A stretch of DNA of 64,000 nucleotides, from the NCBI RefSeq assembly GCF_036321535.1, contig NC_087437.1:40736001-40800000 (forward strand), read 5' to 3'. The stretch is from Camelus dromedarius. Taxonomy: Eukaryota. The notes beneath the pieces were generated by a model. It did no database searches, had not been told where the DNA came from, and saw nothing but the letters and a program-made list of their open reading frames with translations. This document shows positions 12,861-26,559 of this stretch, piece after piece. Both the position numbers and the translations under genes were made by a program. Every line of letters begins with the position of its first letter. The first letter of the stretch is position 1.

Positions 12861-13058
12861 AATTTGCTTCAAAAGAGAATTTAGAGGCAAGAATATACAA
12901 TGGAGAAAAGATAGCCTCTTCAGCAAGTGATGTTGGGAAAGTTGGACAGCTACATGTAAATCAATGAAGTTAGAACACTCCCTCACACCATAACACAAAA
13001 ATAAACTCAAAATGGCTTAACGACTTAAACATAAGGCAAGACATTATAAACCTCCTGG

Positions 13059-14531
13059 GTGAAAGAATTATACACAGAGAACTATAAACCATTGATGAAG
13101 GAAATTAAAGAAGACTTTAAAAAATGGAAAGATATCCCATGCTCTTGGATTGGAAGAAACAATATTGTTAAAATGGTCACACTGCCCAAGGCAGTCTACA
13201 GATTTAATGCAATCCCTATCAAATTACCCAGGACATATTTCACAGAACTAGAACAAATCATAATAAAATTTATATGGAACCATCAAAGACCTAGAATTGC
13301 CAAAGCATTACTGAAGAGAAAGAAAGAGGCTGGAGGAATAACTCTCCCAGACTTCAGACAATACTATAGAGCTGCAGTCATCAAGACAGCATGGTATTGG
13401 TACAAAAACAGACATGAAGACCAGTGGAACAGAATAGAGAGCCCAGAAATGAACCCACAAACTTTTGGTCAACTAATCTTTGACAAAGGAGGCAAGAATA
13501 TACAATGGAATAAAGACAGTCTCTTCAGCAAATGGTGTTGGGAAAACTGGACAGCAGCATGTAAAACAATGAAGCTAGAACACTCCCTTACACCATATAC
13601 AAAAATCAACTCAAAATGGATTAAAGACTTAAACATAAGACAAGACACAATAAACCTCCTAGAGGAAAACATAGGCAAAACATTATCTGACATACATTTC
13701 AAAAATTTTCTCCTAGTAGAAATAAAAGCAAGAATAAACAAATGGGACCTAATGAAACTTACAAGCTTCTGCACAGCAAAGGAAACCAGAAGTAAAACAA
13801 GAAGACAACCTATGGAATGGGAGAAAATTTTTGCAAATGAAACCGACAAAGGCTTGATCTCCAGAATATATAAGCAGCTCATACGACTCAATAAGAAAAA
13901 AATAAACAACCCAATCCAAAAATGGGCAGAAGACCTAAACAAGCAGTTCTCCAAGGAAGACATACAAATGATCAAAAAGCACATGAAAAAATGCTCAATA
14001 TCACTAATTATCAGAGAAATGCAAATCAAAACTACAATGAGGTATCACCTCACACCAGTCAGAATGGCCGTCATTCAAAAATCCACAAATGACAAATGCT
14101 GGAGAGGCTGTGGAGAAAGGGGAACCCTCCTACACTGTTACTGGGAATGCAGTTTGGTGCAGCCACTATGGAAAACAGTGTGGAGATTCCTCAAAAGACT
14201 ATGAATAGACTTACCGTATGACCCAGGAATCCCACTCCTGGGCTTGTATCCAGAAGGAAATCTACTTCAGGATGACACCTGCACCCCAATGTTCATAGCA
14301 GCAATATTTACAATAGCCAAGACATGGAAACAGCCTAAATGTCCATCAACAGGTGACTGGATAAAGAAGAGGTGGTATATTTATACAATGGAATACTACT
14401 CAGCCGTAAAAACCGACAACATAACGCCATTTGCAGCAACATGGATGCTCCTGGAGAATGTCATTCTAAGCAAAGTAAGCCAGAAAAAGAAAGAAAAATA
14501 CCATATGAGATTGCTCATATGTGGAATCTAA
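13059..14531 (+). pseudogene. LINE-1 ORF2p C-terminal region (post-RT segment plus CCHC zinc knuckle), single in-frame stop
   Basis: [35 protein letters not shown] and [18 protein letters not shown] are hallmark ORF2 motifs. ORFs 13059-14204 and 14244-14531 share a frame and are separated by TGA at 14202-14204. Confidence 0.95.
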
Positions 14532-14857
14532 AAAACAAACAAACAAACAAAAACAAAGCATAAATACAGGACAGAAATAGACTCATAGACAGAGAATACA
14601 GACTTGTGGTTGCCAGGGGGGCGGAGGGTGGGAAGGGATAGACTGGGATTTCAAAATTGTAGAATAGATAAACAAGATTATACTGTATAGCACAGGGAAA
14701 TTTACGCAAAACGTTATGGTAACTAACAGAGAAAAAAATGTGACAATGAGGGTGTATATGTCCATGTATGACTGAAAAATTGTGCTGAACACTGGAATTT
14801 GACACCACATTGTAAAATGATTATAAATCAATAAAAAATGTTAAAAAAAAAAAAAAA
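13059..14857 (+). mobile_element. Relatively young 5'-truncated LINE-1 (~1.8 kb) with 3' UTR, poly(A) and 21-bp TSD
   Basis: ORF2 peptide, AATAAA at 14830-14835, A-tail 14843-14857, and TSD AAG[A/G]CATTATAAACCTCCTGG at 13038-13058 and 14856-14876. Confidence 0.95.
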
Positions 14858-15519
14858 GGCATTATAAACCTCCTGGAAGAAAACATAGGTAAAACATTAC
14901 AAAAATCTTAGCAATGTTCTCCTCGGGGAGTCTAACAAGACAATAGAAACAAAAGCAAAAATAAACACCTCAGTAACAACAACAAAAAAATAAACAACCC
15001 ATTAAAAAATGGGCAGAAGACCTAAACAAACATTTCTCCAATGAAAACATACAAACTGCCGATTGGTGCATGAAAAAATGCTCAATATCACTAACTCTTA
15101 AGGAAGTGCAAATTAATCCTATAATGAGGTATTATCTCACACTAGTCAGAAGGCCATCATTCAGAAGTCCACAAATGATAAATACTAGAGAGGGTGGGGA
15201 GAAAAGGGAACCCTCTTACTCTGTTGGTGGAAATGTAGTTTGGTGCAGCCATTATGGAAAACAGTATGGAGAGTCCTTAAAAAACTAAAAATATACATAC
15301 CATTATTTTTCAGCAATCCCACTCCTGGGTATATATCTGAAGAAAACTCTAATTTGAAAAGATACATGCACCCAAATGTTCATAGCAGCACTATTTACAA
15401 TACCCAAGGCATGGAAGCAACCTAAGTGTCCATCAACAGATGACTGGGTAAAGAAGATGCGGTACTAATTCTATTTTAACATTCACTCTGCATTCTAATT
15501 TTTTTATATGTGGCTTATA

Positions 15520-17450
15520 ATGCACTGTTATATTGAATCTGTGGCTTGTCTTCTTTTTTTAATAGTGTCTTTTATTGTACAGAAATCTTTAATATTAATG
15601 TAGTCAAATTTATAATATTTTCCCTTATGATTTACTGTTTGTATGTTTGTGTGTAATTTGTGTAAGAAATCCTTCCCTATTCTGACATCATAAAGATTTT
15701 ATTTTATACATTTATATAAAATTTTTTAATTTAGCTTTTCACATTTGGGCATTTTATCCATTTGACAACTTTTGCTTCATATATTTTGAGGTTATATTAT
15801 TAGGGATATACAGTTTCAGAATCATTATATATTCTTAATAAGTTTTTCCTTTTATCATATTATTATCATTTTTATTTATAATAAATATATTTTATCTAAA
15901 ATTATTTTGTCTGATATTAGCAGAGTTATAACATCCTCTTTTAATTAGTATTTGAAAAATGTTGATTATATTATATCTATCCCTTAATGTTAGGCCTTTC
16001 TGTGCCTTTTGTTTTTCAAGTGTATACCTTAAATAAAATATTAAAAATCCACCCTTAGAACCTTAAACTTACTCACTTAATATGTTTAAATTTTTGGAGT
16101 ACCATAATATTTAGATTTATTTCCACTATAATATTTTGTTGTGTATTTAGCATGTCTTTTTTCTTTTTGCTTCTCCCATACTCCTTTTTTTTCCCATAGG
16201 ACTGAAGAAGTTTTCCTTTTTACACATTTGGTTATTATACAATTTATTATTTTTCTAGTTACTCTTTTTTTATTAAAACTTTTTTTTTAATTGAAGTATA
16301 GTCTGTTTACAATGTTGTGTCAATTTCTGGTGTACAGCATGATATTTCAGTGGTACATATACATACACATATTCCTTTTCATATTCTTTTTCATTACTAC
16401 AAAATATTGAGTATAGTTCCCTGTGCTATACAGAAGAAACTTGTTGTTTATCTATTTTATATATAGTAGTTCGTATCTGCAAATCTCAAACTCCCAATTT
16501 ATCCCTTCTCACCCCTGTACTTCTGGTAACCATAAGTTTGTTCTTTATGTCTGTGACCTAAAATATGAAGCTTGTCAATATCTTTGCCTACTTTCTGCAT
16601 GCAAGGAGTGTCTTTAACTCCGTTTGCTCTTACCAGTTTCCCTCATTCTTCAGTGTTACTGTTAGCTACTATTTATTCCTATCTTGTTTTTAAGTCCCCA
16701 CTGCCTTGGTCATTATCCTCTATTTCAATTCTCCAGCTGTGTGTTATCTCCTCCTTGAGCTTTATATTTCAATAGCCATATTTTCATTTCTAAAAATTCA
16801 GTTGGTTCTTTTTCAAACCATTTATTTTTTACCCATGACATCTTATTCTTTCTTTGTGATCCTCTCCCCCACTTCCTTTTAGTTTTTAAATTATTTTGAA
16901 CTCATTTATTTCATAGTCTTCTTTACATTTCCTGTTATCTCAGGTTCTTGGGATAACCTCCAGTTCTTTGTGTTAACTCAATTCGGACTCAAGGGGGAGT
17001 ATTTCTTTATATGTTTTATAATTTTTGATTGTGACTTAACTTCAGTGAAATTTGTTTTGTCTGGGACCTCCCATCTGACCTGGGCTGTGGGAGCTTCCTT
17101 CCAGAATTGTTTTGCTTTTTTATTCTGCCAGATGCCTCATGGGTATTTGTGGCCCAATTTTTTATATTGAATTCTCAGTCTTGGGATTATCATACTGAGT
17201 TGAGTCGTGTAAATCTAGACTCCAAACCCTTGCATGGAAAGGCTTGAGGTTTTGATTTTTCATGCTACATTTTTTTTTGGTCTCTATTCAGAACACTGGG
17301 CAGAGGTAAGCTTCTTTGATGATCACGGATGCAGTGGGTAGTATTTTTCAGTTTCTCCTTCCACTACAAATGAGGTCCTTTGAAGATCCTAGATCTAAGT
17401 AGGGGTGTCATTTCCAGATATTCTCTTCCAGTGGGCCTAAATCTACAGTC
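15520..17450. mobile_element. Ancient, degraded L1M fragments
   Basis: T-rich text with L1 antisense motifs (ttaatgtagtcaaatttata; ttgtctgatattagcagagttataac; attttcatttctaaaaattcagttggttctttttc). Confidence 0.55.
16265..16556 (-). mobile_element. L1 3'-UTR tail (cetartiodactyl type)
   Basis: Poly-T then ttgaagtatag...tacaatgttgtgtcaatttctggtgtacagc...tagttccctgtgctatacag...ggtaaccataagtttgttc; homologous to the reverse complement of 14580-14845. Confidence 0.85.
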
Positions 17451-17869
17451 CCTCCTACAGGGGCCTTCAAAGTCAACTCCTTAAGCATTGGTGCCCTGTC
17501 CTGGGTCTTACAACTTCTCTTCCCCTCACTCTCCCATTTTTTTTCATCCAACTCTTTCTTTCACTGCTTCATTCTCTGAGCCTTAATTGATGCTAATACT
17601 ACTTCTGATAGTACATCTTGTGACATCAAGTCCCTTCACAGTCTAAGCCCAACACAGGTGTCAGCTCCCTAAGGACATGACCCATGTTTTAGTCTTTTTC
17701 AGGATTGAGGTAAAACCTAGCAAACTTATTGCAACAAATATTGATTGATTGATTGATTCACAAACTTCCCAGTGTGGGCAATTGCTGTGTGTGTATCTTC
17801 ACACAAAATGTATAAGCTATTACTTAAACTGATATAGATGGGGGTACCCCAAGCTTCAGATCCTACTGG

Positions 17870-18085
17870 GGTATTGTGGAGAGAGCACTGGACTAAGAGT
17901 CAGAAATCCAGGGTTTTAAACTAATCTTTTGTTAGAAAAATTGTGTCTTTAGACAAATCAGTGTACCTTTCTGAACCTCAGGCTCTTTGTCTAAAAATGA
18001 AAACAGTATATTCACTCTACTTGCCCTGCAGGGTTGTGAAGAGGATTAAATAAGAAATGCCGTGTGGAAAAGTAGTATGAATTTG
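17870..18085 (+). mobile_element. MIR SINE
   Basis: gagagcactggactaagagtcagaa...tctgaacctcag...cagggttgtgaagaggattaaataag. Confidence 0.75.
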
Positions 18086-19404
18086 AAAAGGCTATCTGTG
18101 GCGTTTGTTGATAATGTATTATTGTTTGTGGGTCAGGACATGGTAAACCACAGAGTCAGTAATAAAATTTCCCAGTTCCTCCTGGGAGTTATTTTTTATG
18201 CTGGCGTTGTCTGATTGCCGGCCTTGCTACAAGAAATACTGTTTTCGCTTGTCAAACTCTCTTTAACGGTTAACATATTGACCAAAGGAGCCCTGTTGAT
18301 ATTCTGGATGGCTGAGATGAAGCTTCATTTTTGGCTGTTTAACTCAAAGAATTGCACCATATATCATCTTCTCTTCTAGCAATGTCCTTTCAGTTTGTTT
18401 AAAGTCAATACAATATTTACTACCATGATGCCTTTCTAAGCAGAAATGGGACTCCCTCCCATCTTGCCTCCACTTCACCTCCTCCCTTCCTCTCCACTGT
18501 GCATGCAGCTCCTCTGAATAGATTCATACCCACAGGGCTCCTGCCACATAGAAGGGACACTCACATCACCTCAGCAAATACCGGTTCCTAAAGGTTGTGT
18601 GTGAAGCAAGCTTTTCCAAACAGAGTATCTTACTTTCCCATTAAATAACACACATTCCCCCTTTGGTTTTGATCTGCACCCAGCCCAATCCAGTCAGCGC
18701 TGGATTCAGTATCCATCACTCCATCAAGTTCAGTCTCTGACAGAGTGTAAACATAAGCTATTTAGGAATCCTGCTGATTCCTTTTATTAAATGAGGAATC
18801 CTTGCCGGTAAATAACCCCAGCCCTATCTACCGTTAACACGTTCTTGTAATGGATTTTCACGTACGAGGTGTGTGTGGGTGTGTAATCTTTTATCCCTGT
18901 TTCATTTTTGAGTCACTACCCCTTTGAACACATAGATGACAGAAAATTAGGCACAGATCCTCCCTCCAGTGTCGTCAGAAAGTGCTGTGAAGTGGAATGC
19001 TGGTGAAATAAACTGCGGTGAATGTTACCTAGGCAGGCCCTGACCAGTGGGTAATCACAGTCATATAAATTACAGGTTCTTTCTGGAGAACAGAATTATT
19101 TTTTGAGTCATTTCCAGAGCCTCTGAAGTGGCACTTCCTGTTGTTAGAGATCTGTTGTGCTGAGGTAAGATTTTAGCTGCTGGCTCTGTGGCAGAGACAT
19201 GCAGGGATGAGAAAGCACACTCCCAGGTGCTGGAACTGGGAGAAATAATTGGATCTGAAACTCTCATTTCATCAATAAGGAAAGTGTAACCTGAAAGATG
19301 TGCCCAGAGTCACACTGCTGGTTAGAGATGGAAGTCCCAGGACCCAAGAGGTCTGCCTCCAGTTCATTGGCTTGGTTTTATTTTATTAGGTTTAAGTTTT
19401 CACG

Positions 19405-19595
19405 GTGTAGAAGTAATAGGCTATAGGCTCTGAAGTCAGACAGATCTGTGTTAGAGTCCTTGCCCCACCTGTTACAAGTTTACAGTCTTTCTGAGCCTTG
19501 GTTTCTTTATCTAAAAAGTGGGCATAAAAACGCCCATCTTATAGGATTATTGTACTAATTCATGTTAATGTATATGAAGTGGCTGGTACACACTA
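19405..19595 (+). mobile_element. MIR SINE
   Basis: ggctctgaagtcagacagatctg...tctgagccttggtttctttatctaaaaagtggg...ataggattattg. Confidence 0.7.
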
Positions 19596-21510
19596 GATTA
19601 AAAGACAAATATTCTTGTTAATACTCGAGGATATGGGGCTAGACCAACTCCTACTTCTAATTTTAATAGTGACTTAACGCTTTTTATAACACTTTTTTGG
19701 GACCTAAGTCTTTCCTCAGCTCTCCAGCTTTGGGCTCATGTAGACCCACATAGGCCTCTCTTGGGAATCGAGTGTTTGATTTTTAAAATATTTCTAGCCA
19801 CCCAATAATCTGATTCTTGTCACAGAATCCTGGATTTTTAGGAGGAAATCTCTAGTCTCCTTAGGCTATGAGGACCAGGAGAAGTAGATTCTCACTTCCT
19901 ATACCAGCCTGGTTCTCTTTCTTTTAAGATAATAAAGTTGCCCTTGGAATAGTAACCAGGCTGGTGTAGGAAGTGAGAAACCCAAGTAGTGGGTCGGGAG
20001 CCCTGGGCTGGGGGTAAGGGTGGTGTAGGGCAGCAAAATAGGGGAGACTGGAACTGAGCTTGGCTTCAGCTGAGATGAGCAAGACAAGGAGTTGATGGTT
20101 CTTAAATGCAATAGTAGCTCAAGAGACTAAATGACTAATTCAGGGTTCCATCCTTTCCTTGGAAGTGAGGCCTCCATGGCTCTGCTGACTCTCTGGATCT
20201 GAGCAGGCCAAGCCTTAAGCAGAAGCAGTTGCAGGTAGGAGGCTGGGACTGTGTGCATACATGTGAGTATTAATTATTGTCAAGCTAAATTACAGTAAGA
20301 CTTGTGTAAATCTCCTCCCTCTGTATGATTTTTCTCAGGGAAAATGGTTGACAACAATCACCTTGCTTGGCTTGCAGGCAGCGAGGGAGAGAGTTGCCTA
20401 GAACATCTGGGAGCCTGCAGCTTGGCAGAGAAAGAAAGCTGTGATAAAAAAAAAATATGTTAGGAGGGAGGCTGAGTTCAACTTCCTTTTCTTGCTGGTA
20501 ATGGGTTGAGGGGCACCAGCAGAAAAACGTGGAAAAGAGCTGGCTGGCTAGACCCTGGCCCCTTCTTGTCCTGTCAATAAACAGATGATCTCAGCTTCTT
20601 GTCCTATTGAAACAGCCCCTTCCCTGCTGTCACCAGGAAATGAAGGGGAAAAATGGAAGTGGGGGAAAATACTGCATCAGAAAAATAATGGAAAAATATA
20701 GGAAATGGAGGGAGGAAAAATAAAGGGAGAAAATCAAGCCTTTAGGAGCTTTGGCATTTTGTACAGTGGTTCACCCTGGAATTGAATTGAATTGAATATG
20801 GTCCATGCAATGCATCTTTAATAATACACTGCTGCTGTGATAAATATCCAAGATGGAAAGAAGTATGGCAATCATCCATGGTAGCCTTTCTGTCTTACAG
20901 ATGAGGCATCTCAGGCCCAGAAATGCAAAGAGACCTGTGCAAGGTGAGGCACACATGGCTGGAGGGAGGCTGACCTGAAGCCACCACCCCTTTTACACTT
21001 CCCTGTGGTGCATCCTTGGCACCATGGTTCAAGGCACGCAAAGCTCATATGGTTTTCCCCGTCTCAGCACTCCTGCCCACCCCCACCAACCCATTTACCA
21101 CAAGATGGGAGGGGCTTCTGGCAGTTGAGAGAAGAGGGGAGACACTGAAGTCAGGTGTGAAGCCCAGGAGGGAGGGCGCTCTCTCTGCAGTCCTGGAGCT
21201 GTGCTCATCTCAAGATCTGGGCAACGTGGTTCAACACCAGCCAAGAAATAGCAACAATGGCCCCTGATCCTACAGCTATGAAATGCTCTTTTTCTTGTAC
21301 ATTTTACATAATTTAATCTCTGGCTTGACTTTTCTATTTCTGCCATCTCTCTCTGTGTCCCTCATCTTTCCCACTCACTGTCTTCTGTCACTCTTCTGGT
21401 CAAAACTTCACTGTACCAAAGCCTTTGGTGGCTCCCACTGCCTGTGGCTTAAAGCCTAATCTCCTTAGCTCAGCATTCAAAGTCCAGGAGAGAGGAGCTT
21501 TACTAATCTT

Positions 21511-21724
21511 TTTTTTTTAATTGAAGTATAGTCAGTTGACAATGCATCAATTATTTCTGGTGTTCAGCATGCTGTTTCAGTCATACATATACATACATAT
21601 ATTCGTTTTCACGTTCTTTCTCATTATAGGTTACTACAAGATATTGAATATAATTATCTGTGCTATACAGAAGAAACTTGTTGTTTATCTATTTTATGTA
21701 TACTAGTTATTGTTTGAAAATCTT
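21511..21724 (-). mobile_element. Severely 5'-truncated L1 tail with perfect 16-bp TSD
   Basis: GAGCTTTACTAATCTT at 21495-21510 and 21725-21740 flanks a poly-T plus L1 3' UTR. Confidence 0.9.
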
Positions 21725-24700
21725 GAGCTTTACTAATCTTATAGCCATCAAGCTTGTAATGAGATACTTCTCCAAAAAACTCCAAGCAACTGAGCAACAA
21801 ATTCTGGTGAGGATCACCTTATAGTTCATTAAAAACAAAACAAAACAACTAAAAACCCCCACAAAACCCCAAAAAGCCAACACTGAGGTCTTTGCTTTAA
21901 CATTTAAAGCAAAGTTTAAAATGGACCACCCTGAGTGATGTGATGCAGTCAAGCCGTAACTTACATTTTAGCATTCTATTTATAACTGATACTTTCCTGC
22001 TTTTTGATGAGAAACTGGCCATGCAAACAAGCTAAGATGAGAGATTAGGTTGGCAAATTTATTTTATTTTCTAACGACAGTGGTTTCCCCTTGACTTTGA
22101 GAGCTTGTTTTTGTTTTGTTTTAGTCTTACGCTAGGAAAGGCTGATGACCTTGTCTTAAGGGGAGATAATTACCTTAAAAGTCCAAATAGTTTCCTGTAT
22201 ATAAATTAGACTTCTAGGCTTGGTGAATTTGGGATCATCAGTTAATGGCTTTGTGATGATGCCTTTTGCCAAGTGACTTCTGAAAATTGGGGACATATTG
22301 AATGATTCAGAACTGAGAAAGAGCCATCTGCTTATATACATGTGAGATGTGCCTCTTGTTCTTAAGCCTGGGTCACTGATAAAGACTTTGATTGGGGGGA
22401 AGGAAATGCATCTCACTTCTCTCTGCCCAGTAAATGCGCCTGCGCCTCCCACACCAACTCTTCCTTTGAAGGGAAAGTACTTTAGAAAGAATGCAATCTC
22501 TTCCCCCTCCTTGTTTGTTGACTTGATTTTCTTTTTAACTCTCTCATTCAACATTTTTTTAAATATCCTCTAGTCCATCAGCAAGATTAGACTTTAGAAT
22601 TCTCTTAAACTGAACAAACTGGTCTTTCAAATTACTTCCCTTCCTTTCAAATCCCCCATTCTGTTTTGCTTAATAAATATCCCTTTTGCCATCAGTTGTC
22701 CCATTACAGCTTATTAGTCTTTCTGTACAATGTTCTTGCTTTAGGGTAATCACATAATCTCAACCTTTGCTGAAAAAAATGAGTTCCTGTAGGCAAATGA
22801 AAATGCACTTCAAAGTTCTAGAATATTAATTTAAGCCTAGAGATGTATTGTGCATCGCTGACTGTTCAGGACAAATTTGTCTTCAGAAACTGTTCACAAG
22901 AAGTTTGAGGATCTAGGCCGTTGTTTGTGTGAGTAGTTCCTTGCATTACAGCGGTCAGTTGGGGCTGTACTTTTGTTTATTTGGCAGTTGCATGGGAAGA
23001 ATTCAAATCACTTCACTGATTAAGAAAACTAAACCAAAACGATCCATCTTGAAGGCAGTCCTCCAACCGTAGGCAGTTGGGACTTAGTATTGTTTTTATT
23101 TTAGTAACAATATTCTCAACAGTGGTTCCTATTTTTATTAACAGCTCCTAATCAGTGTTTTTTTTTTTTTTCCCATTGTAGCTTCAGTTTTTAGCAGATT
23201 TGTTGAAGAGTGAATAACTAAATGAATAAAGAGCCGCTATTTTTCTCTTTCTTAGATGGAGTGACTGAGGTCTAGAAAAGGTATGACTTACTCAAAGGCC
23301 CACACCAAGTCTTTGGACCCCTGGGTCTAATCCTCTGACAAGACCATGAAGGTAGACCTGCAAAGTTATTCTTATCATTTATGCACTCATGTGAGACACA
23401 TTAGGCTTGGTCTGCTTCAGAGAGAATTTTTTTAATTGTGGATAGGCAGTAGGGATGGGGAGGATTTGGGTGTCAGATGGCACAGCATTTGAATCTTGCT
23501 ATCAGACTTTGGACAAGTCATTTAAATTCGATAATTCTCATGTGTAGAATACTACCAACATCATAGGATTAAATGAGTAAATGTGAGCTGTTGTTACTAT
23601 TATCGGAGGTATTGTGATGTAGCTATGTAATTGTCCTTGACTTTAGGAACACTCAGTAACTTGCCATATTGGAGTCACATGTGTAAGGAGATGACATCAT
23701 AAGGCTCAACTGACAAGTTCTCCCCAGATTCTTAATGTGCTGTGTTGGCACCATAGTATTATTTATAATGGTTTGGAATAGACTTGGGGGCAGAAGAGAA
23801 GAACACAGGCTAGTCACTAGGGTAGTATTGAAACAGAGAAGCCTTGTTTCTATTTTGACAGTTAAGTTTTATAGTGGCATGTTTTAGTTGTCTATATTAG
23901 GAATTTATTTCTGGCACGACAGTCTCTACTCATTCAGATATTTTCTTCCTCTGTGTTGTGATGCTGTAATAGAAAGTGTGTCAAAAGTCTGTGACTAGGA
24001 AAGAACTTGAAATGAATCCCAAACCGTCTGTGTAGTTTGTGCCTTCTTGGAACCAGGATAACTAGTCAGCTCAAGGAGAGCATAAAAATAGTTAAAATGG
24101 TTGTGTGACCTCTTTCAGAGGTAACGATGTCGTCGTCTGATTTTTAAAAAAACCTTTTGAGGGTTGATTCCTTTGGCATTTTTGTGGATGAGTCAGTCAC
24201 CCCGTGAGTATTTTCTGTATTGAGAGTGACTAATGAATACAGTTTTAAATGTCAGGGTCCATACACGAAGACTACTGACAAGGATCGACCAGACCCAGTG
24301 CTCTCAGAGCGAGGTCAGACCATGGCACCCTCTGAGGTGGAATAAACAGAATCAGCACAAAGTACAAGAGATTTGCCCCTTCCAGAAATAACCCAACCAC
24401 TAGGGTGGCTTGTTCATGACTGATGGTTAAACTGGGACATCTACCAGAACTCCCTAAAGGAGACTAGCGTGAAACCAATGTAAGATAGGCTGTGAGTTAA
24501 GAATTTTTAACATGTATGAAATAATATCCTGATAGGAGATGGTAGATACACAAGACTAGATAAAGTTTCTATCTTCTACTGAACTAATTTTCCAAAATTT
24601 CTCCAACACTAGGGAAAGGCACAACTATTTGAAGGGCACAACTATTCTAGTAACCTGAAAGATATTCTTGAGTGGAGTTTGGAAGAATTGTCTAGTCCCT

Positions 24701-25739
24701 GTTGTAGCCTGGATGGAAAACTTCCTGAGGCTGTCTGTCCAACTCCTTTGATCCTGAAGTTGTGTTCAGAGTCCATCACCTTCCATCACTCATTTGGTTT
24801 TCTTACTATCCTGATACCAGGGTGGAATGGCCTGGGTGACACTCACAAGCATCCTATGTTGTAAATGACTATATTGGCATCTAGTTAACAAATCAAGCCT
24901 CCTGGGATTTGGGGAGCATGGCTTGATTCTACAGAACTAGATGACTCTGGATAGAACTGATAAAACTGAGTTTCCATACATAATAAGCTTGGTCAGGCTG
25001 TGAGACAATCATGACCCTACAAAGCCCTGCCTGAGAAACCAGTTCTTAGGTTTTTTTCTTCCCTGATTCTCTTTTCAGTATAATCTTTACTGAAACACCA
25101 CCTGTTTCTCTCTTTATATGGTTCCATAGAATGAATTTAAACAGAAAATGAGTTTCATTGATTTTTCTTAAAAAGAAATACTATCATTATAAACTTTGTG
25201 CACATTAAATTAAATGCACCACACTGATCAATTCAGGCAAAACACCTTGCCCCTGAAGCGGAAATGGTTTGGGAGTTGCTTTTTTTTTTTTTTTTTTTTT
25301 TTTAACTTTCTAGGCGACTACCAATCTTGCTTAACTCTATCCAATAACCCTATTATCTGGTCTCTGGCATTAGAAATCTAATAACCTGCCATTTACAGTG
25401 AATTTTGGGTGAACTTTGCTCCATAATCAAGTGATGGGAGCCATGAACCCTGCCTTCTTTTTTCTTGGGTACACTGTTTTCTGTGGTACAAGGAGAATAC
25501 CTTGATGGCATTGATCACATATATCCTCTAGACTAGAAAGTGTCCTCCATAACCAGCTTCATAATATGATAGATGGACCAGTACAATGTGGGTGATAGTA
25601 AATTGTAGGTATTCTAACAAGGTCTAGAATGAGCCTCTGAGCACAGTATAATCAGTCATTTCCATCTACCTTATGGGATTGTGCAATGAATGGGTGGGTG
25701 GAGAGTGGGAAAATGCTCTGTTATTTACCCTTGGAAAGC

Positions 25740-25880
25740 AGCAGCTTGGTGTGGAGGGAAAAGCATGGGACTGGGAGTCAGAGAATCTAGTCTAGTCACA
25801 GTGCCACTTTTAGCTGTGCAGCCTTGGGCAAGTGGCTTCACCTCTCTGGCTTTCAGTTTCATCTCTTGTCAAATGATTAG
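25740..25880 (+). mobile_element. MIR SINE
   Basis: ggactgggagtcagag...tagctgtgcagccttgggcaagtggcttcacctctctgg. Confidence 0.7.
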
Positions 25881-26559
25881 TAGATAACTTCTATTAGATG
25901 TGTATTGGATGAGAAGTGGCCAGAGAAAGGAAAGTGGAAAATAGGCAATCTCAGAACCTTCATGTTCTGAGACTAACTTGACTATGAAGTGAACTTTAAG
26001 ACCATAAGCTTGGATAAATTATTAGGAGTGTGCAGTTGGGTGAAAATTTTAACCCTGTTACAAAGAGGGCTGGTGCTCCAGAGTCTGAAATCCTATTTCT
26101 GACATGCGCTGTGTGCAGGCAACTTCATCTTTCTGAAGGCTCCCTCATCTAGAAAATAGAGAGGTAGAGAGGCTGTGATCATTTATAGGCAAGCATGAAC
26201 AGCATATTATTTACAGAATCACCAGAGATTAAGATGCCTTCTGTTCAGGCTGTGCCTCTGTAATCTCTGGCAGTTTGAAATGAGGAGTCAGGGGAGGGTG
26301 TGTGAGGCGGGGGAAGAATGCCATGCCCATGCATTGGGTGTGCCACTTGTCTGCATTTCTGAATAGAATGTTGTCGTGTAGAAGCAGCCTAGAATCTGAT
26401 CTCTCACCTGGTTATTATGAAGGAACCATATCCTAATAGGGAGCAATGGAAAACTTGGGGCTTCATGAATACTTCATGATCACATTGTGTGTTACACTGG
26501 ATTATGCTCAAATGATGGATAAAATTCCTGAAGATAGTACTAAGCAGGGCGAAATGCTA

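Larger units (their letters stand above)
12882..15464 (+). mobile_element. Older L1 ORF2 fragment (host), split by a younger L1 insertion
   Basis: 12882-13058 and 14877-15464 are contiguous ORF2 sequence once the insert and one TSD copy are removed. The copy is frameshifted, and ORFs at 15070 and 15240 give degenerate ORF2 peptides. Confidence 0.85.

Noticed and set aside
13469..14029. 186-aa minus-strand hydrophobic ORF
   Set aside because: Antisense shadow of L1 ORF2
19076..19170. Plus-strand exon-like segment ending GAG|GTAAGA
   Set aside because: No polypyrimidine tract at the acceptor; such donor matches occur by chance
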